A program made the position numbers and the translations under genes. Below are positions 32,665 to 46,106 of a stretch of 64,000 nt of DNA, piece by piece; the first letter of the stretch is position 1; each line of letters starts with the position of its first letter. The notes under the pieces are model-generated. The model was given only the letters and a program-made list of their open reading frames with translations, searched no databases and had not been told where the DNA came from. Source of the DNA: Sminthopsis crassicaudata (Eukaryota). Location: contig NC_133620.1 in the NCBI RefSeq assembly GCF_048593235.1, positions 30,072,852 through 30,136,851 on the forward strand, given 5' to 3'.

Positions 32665-33309
32665 CTGGGGGGGAACAGCAGAGGCCCCTCGGGTTGGGAT
32701 GGGCCCAGAACGCAGGCGACAGCGGGGCCTCCCAAGCTTCCCGAGGCCTCCTGTCTGCCCGGCCTAGTGCCGGTGTCACTCGGGCTCCCGTCCGCCAGGG
32801 AGCAGAAGAGCCAGTCGGGGGCTCACCCTGCCCCGAGAGCTCCGTGCCTGGGGGGGAGCCTGGGGCCGGGAGGCGGCGTCTCCGGCTGCTCCGAGGGCCC
32901 TGCTCTAAGGGTCGGGGTCTGTCCCACTGCGTGGGGGGAGAGGGGGACCAAAGTGGGGGAGCAGTGGGGGGGAGGAGGAGGAAAGAGAGGGGAGGATGAG
33001 GGGGCGACCTGTAGGGAGGGACATGGCTGCACAGGGGGCTCCCTGAGTGATGGAGATTTAGAGGCAGGGGCAGCCCTGGCAGGAACAAGGAGCCGGGGGG
33101 GGGGGGTCCTACAAATAGAGCTGCTGCAGAGCAGAGGATGAGGGGAAGGGGCTAGGGAGGCCAGGCAGCTCCTTGGGAGGCTTTGGGTCGGTTGAGGGGC
33201 TTCTGGGTGCTTTCCCACCTGAGAGCTGTGACCAAGGGAAGGAGGCGGCAGAAGGGAGTGGAGGCTGAGGGGAGGGGGCCTTCTCTCTGACACTCCTGAG
33301 GGCCCTTAC

Positions 33310-33373
33310 CTGTCCAGGGCGGGGGTCAGGCGGTACTCTTTGGTGGCTGACAGGATGGCTTTGATCAGGTTAT
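33310..33373 (-). CDS. ST3GAL3: ST3GAL3 coding exon, 64 nt: (D)NLIKAILSATKEYRLTPALD(S)
   Basis: Acceptor cccacag and donor AG|gtaagg; peptide nearly identical to recalled human DNLIKAILSVTKEYRLTPALDS. Confidence 0.97.
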
Positions 33374-34306
33374 CTGTGGGACCGAGAGGGCGGGTTCAGA
33401 AGGCGGTCTGACCCGGGAAAGATGGCCGGAGGCTTCACTAGGTAACTCCAGCTGAGGTCCCTGGGGAGCGGGCCCCTGGGTCTGAGGCTGGGGGCCGGAC
33501 TCTGCTTTATGTGGGGGGGCCCTAATGTCCCTGCCAGCATCATCCCCAGAGAGGGGCTGCCCGGGGGGGAGGGGGGGGCACTGTGAGTTCTCACCCGCCT
33601 CACCCCAGGGGGCAGCCCCAGTCCCAGCTGTCAGCACAGCCTGCAGGGCTGTATCTCATTGGTCCTGGCTGTGGAGGCGGGACTGCGGGCTTCCTCCCAG
33701 ATCACTTCCCGGTACCATCCCAGCCCTCCCTGGGCCCTTCTGGGCTGCAGCTCTGGGCCCGTACCCCGCTGAAGGGCAGGCCAGAGCCAGGGCCTTCCTT
33801 CCACATGTGGGCAGGATGGCTCCCCGGCCCCTCCCCCCACCTCTGGGATCGGGGCTTACACACTATGCTCGCCCATGAAAGGGCGTGTGTGTGAGTGACC
33901 TCCAGGGCTTCTACAAGTGTCGGGGGGACACATGTTTAACGACATGCGTGGGAAAACCTGCAGCCCTCTGGTCCCGGCCCTCTCTACGGAGGCTCCAATG
34001 AGGTGCCCGGGGTGGGGGGCCCCTGCGCAGGCTCTCACAGCCTCCGATGCTCTCCCTGCCCATGTCCCCGTTTCCCATGAGGCAAGGCTGCCTCCCTGCC
34101 CGGCTCCCCTCCCACGGTGCAGGGTGAGCTCCCCGGGCCGGGGCCTCTGTCTCCCGCGGGGCTGCCACAAGGCGGGGCCTCTAACAGACACTTGGGCCGA
34201 GGTCTGGCCTCTCATCCCCAGCGGGGCCCCCTTCCCCGGGACCAGCGCCTGGGCGCAGGAGCCCACCTGCTGCCCCCTTGGATGCCCGGCCTGGCCCCCG
34301 TCCTAC

Positions 34307-34401
34307 CTTGACCTTTGATTCCAAAGGGTGGCACGAAGTCTCGGATGCGGGCCCACTTGCGGAAGGAGTCATCCAAGAACATGGGGGCGGGCCTGGAGAA
34401 T
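34307..34401 (-). CDS. ST3GAL3: ST3GAL3 coding exon, 95 nt: (R)FSRPAPMFLDDSFRKWARIRDFVPPFGIKGQ(D)
   Basis: Translation matches the recalled mammalian ST3GAL3 stem region. Acceptor tttccccag and donor G|gtagga; phase fits the next exon. Confidence 0.97.
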
Positions 34402-34974
34402 CTGGGGAAAGAGCCCAGGGAGCCCAGTCAGCCCTCGGGGAGACCCGGACCTCTCCTCCCGGGTCGGGAGCTTCTCTCGGACATGCTAGCAGGCGGGAAG
34501 GGGAAAGGCCGACCCAGGCACGGTCAGCAAAGGGAAAGGACGGGCCCTGGGCGGAGCCGACAGGCAGCCTGAGGCCTCAGAGAACGGAGAGCTGAGCCGG
34601 CCTCTCATTTCACAGATGGGAAAACTGAGGAAGACGGGGAGGAGGGAGGGCCAAGCAAGCACTCTCACACGGTGCAGGACCTGCCACGTAGAAACACCCT
34701 CCATGCTGTGTGATGCCGGCTCAGGGGATGAGAAAGGCGGCAGGCGAGCCTGGCCGCCTGCCCATGGCCACCCTGTCCGGTGCCAAATAGGGCAGCCCTC
34801 CCACTCCTTTCTGCTGGGTGGCTCTCTACAGCGGTCATCATCCCTGGCACAGGACCCAGTGCCAGTGGGCACCTCAGAGGTGCCTGGCCCCTGCAGTGGG
34901 CAGCTCACCCCTGCCCGAGGCAGCACTGGGGACAGAGCTTGCAGAGCACTTCACGTGTCCGGTCACAGCAGGGC

Positions 34975-35110
34975 CTCCTGATGGGAGGAACGCAGGTGCT
35001 ATTAGCCCCATTCTACAGATGTGGCCACTGAGGCACGCCCTCCTGCTGGGCGGTGCCAGAGGCAGGATGTCCCTGGACCCCGGCCCTGTATTTCTCCTCA
35101 CTGCCTGTGA
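34975..35110 (-). mobile_element. MIR relic
   Basis: attagccccattctacagatgtggccactgaggcac. Confidence 0.55.
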
Positions 35111-37499
35111 GACCTGATGGGAATGTTCTTGTTCACTCTGAAAGCTCCTTCCCTGCTGCTTTGGGGGGGGTTTACTGCAGTGACCCTTCCGCTGCTCCCA
35201 ATGGCCTCTGGGACAAATCTACAGGCAGGATCCCGGAACAGCTCCCCCTTGGCTCCCCCAGAAGCCGCGTGGAGCCGAGCTGGGCTTTGCAGGGGCAGGA
35301 TGCCTGGCCCAGGGAGAGCTCGGCAGCTGCTAACGGGTGACCCACCTTCCCCGCCAGGGTCCCTGCTCCCCCGGGCTGAGAATGGGGGTCTGGCTGGGAT
35401 CTCCGGGGATGGGGATGGGGACGGCGCGCTGGCTGCTCCCGCATGGCACAGAGCGAGCATTTGCTGGATCGCGCAGCTGAGCGCAGGTGACTGAACAAGA
35501 GCCTCCCCCCCATTGGAGGCTGCCTCGGGTGTGAGACTCGGAGAGATGCTGGGACCCTAAATGCAGCAGGAATGTTCTATGCGGCAAAGCTGCCCTTCCT
35601 AAAGGGGGCAGCGCGAGAGTGGGCAGCGCGGGTCATTGCGCACAGCTGGGACGAAGGGATTATTCAGAACTTCCCCCAAATGTTCCAGGTTTTAATGCCC
35701 AAGTATTAATTTCCTGAGTTTGGGGTTCCTGTTTTTACATGCTTTGAGTCTTTGTCCATGTCTGCTCAGAAAGCTTTTGTGTTTTGTGCTTTTTTCCCTG
35801 AGAAAGAAACAAACAGCTGCCCTCCAATGTACAGGAAGTGCCACCCCCCCCAGCTCCCCACACATGCTCCAGATCTGGGGAGGGCCCGGGCAGGGGCCAG
35901 ATCCCCTTCTTTGGGATTTCCTTGGGTCTTCGGGGTAGGGGCAGGCCTTCCTGGGCAGAAGGAAGTCAGGGTGCCCAGGGCCACCCGAAGACCTCCAGGG
36001 CAGAGGTGGCTCTGGAAGCCTGACTCGGGCCTGGCCTGGGCAGCTCCCCAGGGAGAGAGACTTAGGGCAGCTTCCTCGCTTGGCCCCCTGAGGCAGGACC
36101 CTGATGAGCGCCCCCAGTGGAGGAGAGGGGAGAAAGACTCGGATCCCGGCTCTCGGCCCTGGAGGAGCGGGCGTGGGGCAGAGCAGCTGTGAAGTCAGAG
36201 GCAGACAAGCCCCAGCCAGCCCAGGTGGAAGGCCGGACCAGGATCCCGAGCACAATGAGGCAGCGATCACATTTCCTAAGGGGGCTGGGGGTGTGTGCAG
36301 ATATCGGGCCCTCAGCCTGTGGACACCAGGTGTTCAGGCGTGCCCAGGGCTTTACAGGGTCAGTCTGGGAGGGCAGGTGCGCCAGGCCCTTGGCGCTCAT
36401 GCTCAATGTCCCCAGGCCCGGGGGTGCCTGCAGCTGGATCTGCAGGAGGACACGGGCCAAGAGCGGGCACGAGATGAGGTGAACCTGAGTTCTCCATGCC
36501 ACCAATCTGCCCTCACGTGCCCACTGCCTGGCCCTGGCTCAAGTCTGGGCTCCTGAGAGAAGCGCTGGGAACCCCAGTGCCTCCCACTGCCTCCTCTATC
36601 TCATGGAGCCAGCCCCTCTGCCACGAGGGAGGAGGGCCTTAGAGGGGCTCCGGACCCCCACGGGCCCAGAGCAGCTAGGCCTGGGCAATGATGGAAGGGT
36701 GACCCATCCTGCAGGCCGGGTCATCATCACGGTGCCATAGCCTGCCCCCACTGTCTACACGAGTCCCCCTGCTTTTTTCTCCCTTCCCCCTCCTTTAAGT
36801 AGAAACAGACAGGAAGGTGCCATCTCCGTGGGACTCCAATCCTATCGAGTAGTTTTTGTTCGGGTGGGTAACCTGAGAGAGGGGAAGATAGAAGAGGGAC
36901 AGTGCAGGTCCCTTGCAGGGGGCTCGGCTCCGAGCACTAGATGAGAAGCCAAAACAGTCTGTCCCTGGCCCATTCGGGCTGCTGGGCCCTCAGCTGCCCC
37001 ACCTGCCTGCTCTGCTAGGGTGAACTTCATCCTTCCCCTCCCCCCCTGCTGTCTGTGCCCAGGGCCCGGCCCCGGCAGAACCAGGAGAGCATCCACGTCC
37101 ATGGGCACGGAGAAGATGCTCCCGGGGAGAGGCCACGTTAAGGCTTGCAAAGAACTTTACAGGCTTTAGCCCACTGGCAGGTTTTGAGATTGCACTGCAT
37201 AAAGATCAGATGAAGGAGCGGAGTTTGTTGGCTTAAAGAACAGACAAGGCTGTTCTCTCTTGTTTCATTTTGTTTTTGTTTTTTTTTTTCATTTTGTATT
37301 TTCTGTTTAAATAAAAAAAAAAAAAGAAAGAAAAGAGCGAAAATACAAGCCCTAATCCAAGCACTGAGGAGACAAGAGAGCTAGTCCCTGGCCTTAAGGA
37401 ACCTAAATTCTAATGGAAAGAAACAAGTACCAGGAGCTGAAAGAGACAGCGCAGGTTGGCAAAGTCTGGAGAATCAGAAGCAGAGGGAGGAAAGGAAGA

Positions 37500-37660
37500 G
37501 AATAATCATTTATATAGCACCTGCTGTGTGCCAGGCACTCTGCTAAGTGGCAAATATTGTCTCATTTGATCCTCACAACAACCTTGGGAAGGAGGGGTCA
37601 GCACCCCCATTTTACAGTTAAGGAAACTGAGGTAGAGATTAAGTGACTTCTGGGCAGCTA
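37500..37660 (-). mobile_element. MIR
   Basis: catttatatagcac...cccccattttacagttaaggaaactgagg. Confidence 0.75.
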
Positions 37661-38049
37661 AAAGCACACAGGTAGCCACCATCGGAGGTTGGTCATTGCC
37701 GGGGCCTGGGAGATCAGGACCATCAGCCAAGGAAGGTCCCCAGGGCAGACCAGGGACAATGTCAGCTCCTTTGCTTCTCGGAGGAAGGAGAAACGTGTAA
37801 AAAGCCCAGGGACAGGAGGATTCATCAATAAGCCCTGAGCCCCCTGCCCACTCTCGGCCTCCAGCCCAGTCATCTTTTCAGCATTGGCACGAGCTCTGGC
37901 CTCCAAAGCATGACACTCCCTCCCTCGGGCTGCAGGACGTCCCGAAGCCTTGTAAAAGCAACAAGGCCTTGACAAGCTGAGCCCAGCTCAGACCCCCACA
38001 GGAGAGGGGCTGCCATGGACCAGGCAAAGGCCCCAGTCTTCTCCCTGCT

Positions 38050-38665
38050 CTCTCCTAACCTCCCGGTTCCCTCTGTGCTGCCTGAAAACTGCCCCGTCTG
38101 GCCTATTTTTAAAATAATGCTCTCGCTCCTCAAACTACTATCTGTATACCTCTTCCCTCTTGGAAGAGCTGTCTACACGGATGTTCCAACTTCCTCAACT
38201 TTTTGCAATCTGGTTTTTGGTCCATTGCCCAACTAAAACCGCCTTCTTCAAAGTTACAGTGATCCTTCACGTGTCAAATATGGTTTTCCCATGTCCCCTG
38301 CGGTGTTTACCACTGTTGCCTGCAGGCCCCTCCTGTCTGCTCTCTCTAGTTTTTCAGGACACTTAGATCTCAAAGAGGCAGGATATACACTCTGGCCCGC
38401 ATTCCAGGCTTGGAACGCTCTCCTTCCCCACCATTTAGAATCCTTCCCTTCCTTCTTCTGAGTGGATTCCGCCCTCGCCCATATGCTCATGGCTTTCCTC
38501 CCAAACTGCATCTTTATTTCGTGGTTACTTCACAAACTGTGATCACTGAGTCTTTTTGTTCTGCACAGACATCCAACTATCTATCCTGGGTCCCGAGTGA
38601 GCTTCAGGAAGGCAGAGTTGCCTGGCACAGAGTAATCAGACACTTAATAAGTGTTCAGTGATTGA
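38050..38665 (+). mobile_element. L2 (RT region through 3' tail, compacted)
   Basis: gcaatctggtttttggtcc...aactaaaaccgccttcttcaaagttacagtgatc resembles the QSGF...TETAL.KV..D motif; tail cctggcacagagtaatcagacacttaataa. Confidence 0.65.
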
Positions 38666-39759
38666 CTAATTGGGCCTGGTCAGAGCTGGGGCCCTCCATG
38701 TCCCTGAGGCTGCAGGACTTTGGCAGTGAAAGTCACCTTCCCAGAGGCCTCTGCCTCAGTTGGAACTTCAGAAACTGCACTGGACCGTGTATTGGAAGAA
38801 GGACACTGAAAAGACAGAAGGGGCAGGTCACGAAGAAGCGGGGGCAACTGAACAACAAGCTCAGGACAGAGAAGGGTCTCCAAAGTCACATTCCTTGGGA
38901 ACCTGTTAAAGAGGCAGAGAAATAGCTTCAATTCTGAAGAGCTTCTTTGGCTCTAAAGGGCAGAACCAGCAATGGTGGAGGAATTTCCGGAGGCAAATCT
39001 GTGCTAGAAAGGTCTAAGCATGAGATTCATCCCAGAGTGGGAAGGGAAGCTGGGAAGGGAATGAGCGTGCCCTCACTGGAGGACTTCAAGGGATGGCTGG
39101 AGATTCCCACTTGAAGTGCTATAGCTGAAGCCCTTTCCAGCACTAGTATGGGAATCTCTGAGTCCATCTGGCTCCTTTTCCTGGCCCCCTCTTCCCGGCT
39201 GGGGCCCCTGGGAGCTTTGCATCATCTCTGGGGAGATCACCGGGTAGCCAGGGTGCCGCTGCCAGGCTCCCTTGTCATGGTGCCCAGGGCTCCACCTGCA
39301 CGGAGGGAGCATTCCAGGAGGCCAAGACATTTGCATGAATCCCTGTACATTTGCATCTTGTGGAAATTTCTCAGGCAGTGTCACGCTAGTTGCATCACCC
39401 AGGCTTCTGGAGGCCTGGGGCCTCTCACAAATGGGGAAATGAGGAAACACACGCTGACAGCTGGGCAGAGCCAACGTGCCAGCAGGAGCATCACCCTCTT
39501 GTTGATTTCCAGGCCCTCCTGCCCGGGGCCCTCATGTGATTCCCTTCCCATCCAGGCCTCGGCTCCTGTGCAGGTAAATTTCTAGTCAGCAGAGTCGGCA
39601 TCAGCCCTTGTCAGAAAGGGGGACCACAGCCCTGGGGCCCTCCGGAGAGGCCCAAAGGACCCGAGATCTCTGCCTCTCTTCTGTCACCCCCTTCCCCAGG
39701 ACCAAGGGCTGCCCCCTGCTGCCCAGTGGCATCTCCCTCAGACAGACTTGAAGACTTTG

Positions 39760-42490
39760 TTGTAAAAGAAAAGGAAGGAGAAACTGAACAAACCATCATG
39801 AGCTCCTAGAACCAGGTGGATTCACAAGCGACGTCTACCAAACAAACATTTAAAGACCAATACCTCAGAAACTTTGAAAAAAGAGCTAAGAAATCCTACC
39901 AAATTTTTTTTTATGACAGAAATATAGTGCTGATACCTAAACCAAGGGAAAGCAAAAATGGAGAAAGAAAACTATAGACCAATTTTCCTATGAATACTGA
40001 TGCCAAAAATTTAAATGAAATACTAGCAAGGAGATTATAACAATATATCACACACTATGATCAAGCAGGAATTGTACCAGAAATTCAGGGCTGATTCAAT
40101 ATTGAGAAAACTATCAACATAATTGACCATATCAATAAAAAGACAGCAGAAGTCATGATTATCTAAAAGATGTAGAAAAGGTTTTTGGCAAAATATAGCA
40201 CTCATTAATTAGTAAAAATACTGGAAGTATAGGAATAAATAGAGCTTTCCTTTAAATGATAAGTAGAATCTATTCAAAACCATCAGGAAGCATTATCTGT
40301 AATGGAAATAAACAAGAGGCCTTCCCAATAAGACCAGGGTGAAGAAAGGATGCCCATTATCATCACTGTTATTCAATATTGCTCTAGAAATGTTAGCTAC
40401 AGCAATAAGAGAAGAAAAAATGAATTGAAGGAATTAGACTAGACAATAAGAAAACAAAACTATCACTCTTTGTAGACAATATGATGGTATTCTTAGAAAA
40501 TATTGAGAAACAGCTAAAAAACTAGTGGAAATAATTAACAACTTCAGCAAAGTTGCAGGATATAAAATACACCCAACACAAATCACCAGCATTTCTATAT
40601 ATTACCAACAAAGCCTAATAGCAAGAGATGGAAAGAGAAATTCCATTTAAAATAACTTTGGACAACATAAAACACTAAAGTGTCCACCTGGCAAGATAAA
40701 TCTAGGAACTATATGAATAAAATTACAAAAGTTTTCACTCAAATAAAGTCAGCTCTAAACAACTGGAGAAATATTAACTGAACATAGGTAGATTGAGCCA
40801 ATATAATAAAAATGACAATTATGTCTATACCTAATTTACTTATTCAGTGCCATACTAATAACATTACCAAAAATAATTTACAGAGCTAGAAAAAATCATA
40901 ACAAACTCATCTGGAAGAACAGAAGGTCAAGAATATCAAAGGAATCAAAGCAAAAAAAAAAAAATGTGAAGGCAGACTAGCAATACCAGACTTCAAACTG
41001 TAACTCTGTGTAACCAAAGCAATAATCATCAAAACAATCTGGTATTGACTAAGAAATAAAGTAGTGGATCAGTAGAACTGATTAGGTATAAAATACGTAG
41101 TAGTAAAAGACCAAAATAATCTAGTGTTTCATAAACCCAAAGATCCAAAACTGTGGGACAAGAAATCACTATATGACAAAAATTGTTGGGAAAAATAGAA
41201 AGCAGTTTGGCAGAAGCTAGATACTGACCAACATCTCATACCATATGCCAACAAGAAGTCAAAATAAAAACTTGACTTAAAAGTGATACCAAAAACAAAA
41301 TAGGGGAACATGGAATATATTATGTCAGATTTATGGATTAGGGAAAATTTTATGGTCAAACAAGAAATAAAAGAGATGACAGGAAGTAAAAAAAATTGAT
41401 TACATGAAATTATAAAGCTTTTGCACAAACAAAATTAATGCAGCCAAAATTAGGGGAGAAAGGGAAGAATTTATGTCAAGTTTCTCTGATAAAGACAATT
41501 TCTCAAACAAGAGAGAACTGAGACAAATTTATAAAAATAATAGCTATTCCTCAGTTGATAGTCAAGAGATATGAACAGTTTTTTATAAGAAATCAAAGCT
41601 ATTTAAAGTCACATAAAATTCCCTAACTCATTACTGATTAGAGAAATACAAATTAAAACAACTTTGAATTACCACGTGACACCTATTAGATTGGCTAACA
41701 TAACAGAAAAGGAAAATGGTAAATGCTGAAGAGGATATGGAAAAATGAGGACACTATGGTGTTGTTGTTGGAATTGTGAATTGACCCAACCATTCTGGAA
41801 AACAATTTGGAATTATACACAAAGGATTTTATACTTGTGCATGTCCTTTGATCCTACAACACCACTACCAGCTCTGTATCTCAAATCTATCAGAGAAAAA
41901 GGAAAAGGACCTGTTTGTATAAAAATATTTAGCTCTTTTTGTGATGAGGCAAAGAATTGGAAACTAAGGGGAGGCCCATCAATTGGGGAATGTCCAAACA
42001 AGTTATGGAATATGATTATAATGAAATACTATTGTGGTATAAGAAATGACAAACAGGATGCTCTCAGAAAAACTTGGAAGGACTTATATGAACTGATACA
42101 AAAAGGAGTAGAACTAGGAGAACATTGTACACATAATAGCAATATTGTAAGGATGATCAACTGTGAAGACTTAATTACTCTGATCAAGAAAATGATTCAA
42201 GACAGTTCCAAAGGATCTCTAAATTGAGATTGAAGTATATTTTTAAAATATTTTTTGTTATTGCTGTATTATTTTGTTTGTGTTTTTTTTTACAATATGG
42301 CTAATATGAAAATATGTTTTGCATGACCTCACATGTATAATCAGGCAAATTGCTTGCCTTCTCATGCAGGGGGAAAGGGCAGAAGGGAGAGAATTTAAAA
42401 TTCAAAATTTTTTGAAATGATAGTTAAAATTTTTTACATATAATTTGGAAATATTTAAGGAAATAAATATAAAATAATTTAACAAAAGTT
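39760..42490 (+). mobile_element. 5'-truncated L1: ORF2 RT to C-terminus (many stops) plus 3' UTR
   Basis: ccaggtggattcacaagcg (PDGFT), gatgcccattatcatcactgttattcaatattg (GCPLSPLLFNI), ctctttgtagacaatatgatg (LFADDM-like). Confidence 0.92.
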
Positions 42491-44299
42491 ATTCAGACAC
42501 CTTGTGTGCACCTTGGACGGGTCAAGTGTGCAGCACTCTCGGAAATGAGAAGACTCTGTGGGAGGATTATCCCAGAGGCAGGGTCCTTCGCAAGGTCTCC
42601 AAGCAGTCCCACCAGAGTCCTAGTATCAGATGGAATCATGCAAAGGAACAGTCTCTGGCCACTTTCTCCAGAGACACTAGGGTGGATTTTTCCCAAGCAT
42701 TAGGTGGTCTGGAGAGAGCTCTCACATTCAGCCATTTGGAGGTGTGACACATTGGCACACTGGCCTTTGGCCAGGGCACCCTACCTGTTGAACTTCCTCT
42801 ACCCAAAGCCCCTGGAGGCACTCCCAGTCCAGATGCCCAGGTCAGGGCTTGGCCCTCGGGATCCTGTGGCCTTCTCATGCTCTGCTCCCCAAGGGGATGC
42901 GGGGCAACTTTCCAGCAAAGCTCTCATCCTACTTCCTTGTCCTGATCCTGCCCAGCCAAGGCCTTTGCATAACCCGTTGGCATCTCACCTTCCCACCTGT
43001 CTTCCTTCCGGCTCAGGGTCACTCCCTCACTCCCCTGCCTTGCCAGCAGCCTGGGAACAGGGAACAAGCTAAGTCCTGCCCCTCAAATTCCCCAGCCCAA
43101 GCTCCTTCCCCAGTCCCTGCTGGGCTTCTCCAGGTCACCCCGCTCTCTGGGTTGCCCTGAAATCACCATCTACCTCCTTCCTTCCCAAGCCTTGTGCTTT
43201 CCCTCCTACCCTCAGGCTCAGGCACCTCTAGCTTCCTAATTCATCATTACTTAGGAAGACTGAGCATCTTCCTCAGCTAGGCTGTGACCGTGCCACTCCC
43301 TTGCTCACAGCCTTCCATGGCTCATCCTAACTTGAGAGAGAAATTTACAGAACTGAGGAATCTCGGAGGTCGCCCCACTATCACTGACTTGCACAAGCAG
43401 CCGGTCACCCCAACATACCTGACAAGGGAGCACCCACCTCTGAGGAGAGGGTTTCCAAGGCAGTCAAAGCCCCCCATAGTGCTTCCTGATATCCAGACCC
43501 AGTTAACCCACTTCTGCCCACCACACACAGCTGAGCCCACCGCCATAGGATAGCCCCTTCCATGCTGGGCATCTTCTTTGCTAGAGGTTGATGGACTGCA
43601 GAGCCAGGGAGGAGAGCTGACAACCCCTCTGTCCTTGGCCCTAGTCAGACAATGACAGGAGCAGAGCGGCCAGCTTTGGCCACAGCCCAGATCAGTGTCC
43701 TGAGGAGGCAGAGAGGATGGCGGAAGGCCCTGTGACCAGGAGGGATGCGGTTTGGGAAGCCAAGGGGAGGCAGAGTCCATAACCAGCCTGTCTTGTCTTC
43801 AGGACAGGGGCAAAGAGCCCACCTAAGACATTCTGGAAACAAAGTCAGACACCCCAGTCTGAAGACCAGCAAGGCCCACCCCTGAGGCCTCTGGTGGCGA
43901 GTGCACTCGAGGGGCAATTCTAGGAGGACCTCTGACCGGTGCTACTCAGTCTCTTCAATGTCCCCATCGGAGTGAGCCATCCTGCAGGGGGAGGGAAGAC
44001 ATGGCTCAAGCAAAGGCTGGAATAGCACTTACTGAGGACGCTGTAAAGAGCTGAACTATGCTGGGGTCACAATGCTGTGTGAAGATCTTAAGCCTTTGAC
44101 GGGTGTGATCTGGTGAGGGCAAAGGGCAGAAGGCAGAGGGCCGACCATCTCCCTATTTCTGTCTCCCTCGATTCATCCCAAGCTGTCAAAACAAAGTATT
44201 TTGGTCGCCAGGTCCCACCCTTCAGTCCATTAAACTCCCCAATTTTGAAAGATGACCTGACACCTCCCCACCTTGGCCTATGTGAAGTTGTTTAAACCC

Positions 44300-45650
44300 A
44301 AGTATAGGACTTTACATTTCTTTCCCAATATTTAAACCTGTTATCGTTTTTAAGATCTTGACTTTGGCATCTGGTGTATTAGCCAGTCCTCCCAGACTGG
44401 CGGCACTATCAACAGATTTCATCAGCATGTCACCAATGCTTAATAAAATTAATAATAAAAGGTCAAGGGGTGTAATCAAGCACAGATCCCTGGGGCATTC
44501 TATCAGGGACTATGCCAGGGTGAAATTAACTACTAATTAGCCAAATTAACCATTAATGTTTTAGGTCAGGCTGTTAAAATAATTAAAAACCCATCTAACT
44601 GTTCCCCTGCCTAGCTCTGCCTCCATCTTTGATAGAAGAATATTAAGTAATAGTAATATAGTAATAGTAATATAGCTACTAGCCAACATCCCAGCATCCC
44701 CTAAGGTCTCAGTTGAGTGATCTTGTCCAAAAAGGGAATGGCTTGTTTCGGGGAGGTGAGGAGGCCTGTGCTCAGGCTCACTACCTCCTTTTAGGTATTC
44801 AGAAGCCATGCCTTTAATAGTCCAGTCCAAAGCCCTCCTGGGAATCTAAGGCAAGAACCCTGGCTTAAGAGTACGCAGTCTATTCTTTCCCTTTTTTGGG
44901 GGAACCTAGCCCATCTGTCCTACAGGCCGGCAGTATGCTCGGTTCCTGTCTGCCATTTCTTTGAAAAATCACAAGTAGGGGCTCTGCGATCCAAACCACC
45001 AGTTTGTTCTCTGCCTGGGTCTGGCGACTCAAACGTCTCTTGAGTAATCAGGTACTCCCTCACTATTGCCCTTCTTTGGGTTAAGTTTAAACTCCGTGGT
45101 CAGGCACTCCAGGATCCCCACAAGCTGCCCTTTTTGACTTGGTACCTCACTGCCCTCCTTCACCCGCCCAAGGGCCAGCCTTTCAGCATTTGCCACGGAC
45201 CTTGGCCCACTGAGGACCTCAGATTGGTGCATGGAGGATGGGGGAGTTTCAGTTTCAAGATCATACTTGGAATCCATTCCCCACTCCTCTCCAGAGCCAA
45301 AGAATTTTCTTAGCATAATTTCAGCCTCGTTATTCTCTGGATCTTTTTTTCCCAGGCCCAGTTATCTAATGGAAGCAACAGAGTCTGCAGTTTATCAGTT
45401 TGCACATGACATTCTCTTTAAGATGGAAATTTAAAGTAATTTGCCCTGGGATTTTTGGAAAGTCAGTGGTGATGTGTTCTTATGATAAAACATTCCCCTA
45501 ATCTTAGTAAGCTCCTCGGATACACAACGACAGCAAACTGACTTTCATGAAGAATAATATTCTCTGCACCCGGAATCAATGTTCCCCAGGTTGGGATCTG
45601 CCGCAGCATCCCATGGAGGACTGTCACTGACAGCCTCGGATGGCCTCTGG
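44300..45650 (-). mobile_element. L3/CR1 RT relic
   Basis: Minus strand gives GMLMKSVDSAASLGGLANT (decayed KFADDTKLGG) near 44370-44430 and IVREYLIT near 45050. Confidence 0.5.
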
Positions 45651-46106
45651 CTCCAGCCTCCAGCTTTTCTCACCTCCCAGCCTGCAACACTCCCTGTAAC
45701 CCCCTATTGTGTGTCTTCATGAGGAAAGAGTCTCCAAGGCCACAACATAGGTGGAAGGGGACGGCCAGGGAAGGGAATGGGCCCCTGAGTCCCCGGAGCC
45801 CAAGCGTAGCCCAGCTTAGCAGCTGCCAGGTCAAGGTTCCCTCCCGGCACCTGCTCTGCTTAGGCCTCAGGAGATGCTCCTGCTTCTCCTCTCCATCTCA
45901 TTTCCAGCTTGTCACTCTGGGGTCCCAGGACCCAGTTCACAGACCCAGCATGAGCATCTGGGAATTTTTTCAGAAGGATTCACTGAGAGAATACCCGATC
46001 TTTCTTTAAAAGGGAAAAGGACGGATGGATGGGGGGCATTTGTGGGTGCTGGGCTCTATTTCTGTCCCTGGTGCCTATTCCAGCATTTAGTGGCTTGCCC
46101 ACGAGC

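Noticed and set aside
32502-33141. 165-aa and 176-aa plus-strand ORFs
   Set aside because: Antisense shadow of ST3GAL3 exons plus GC-rich intron.
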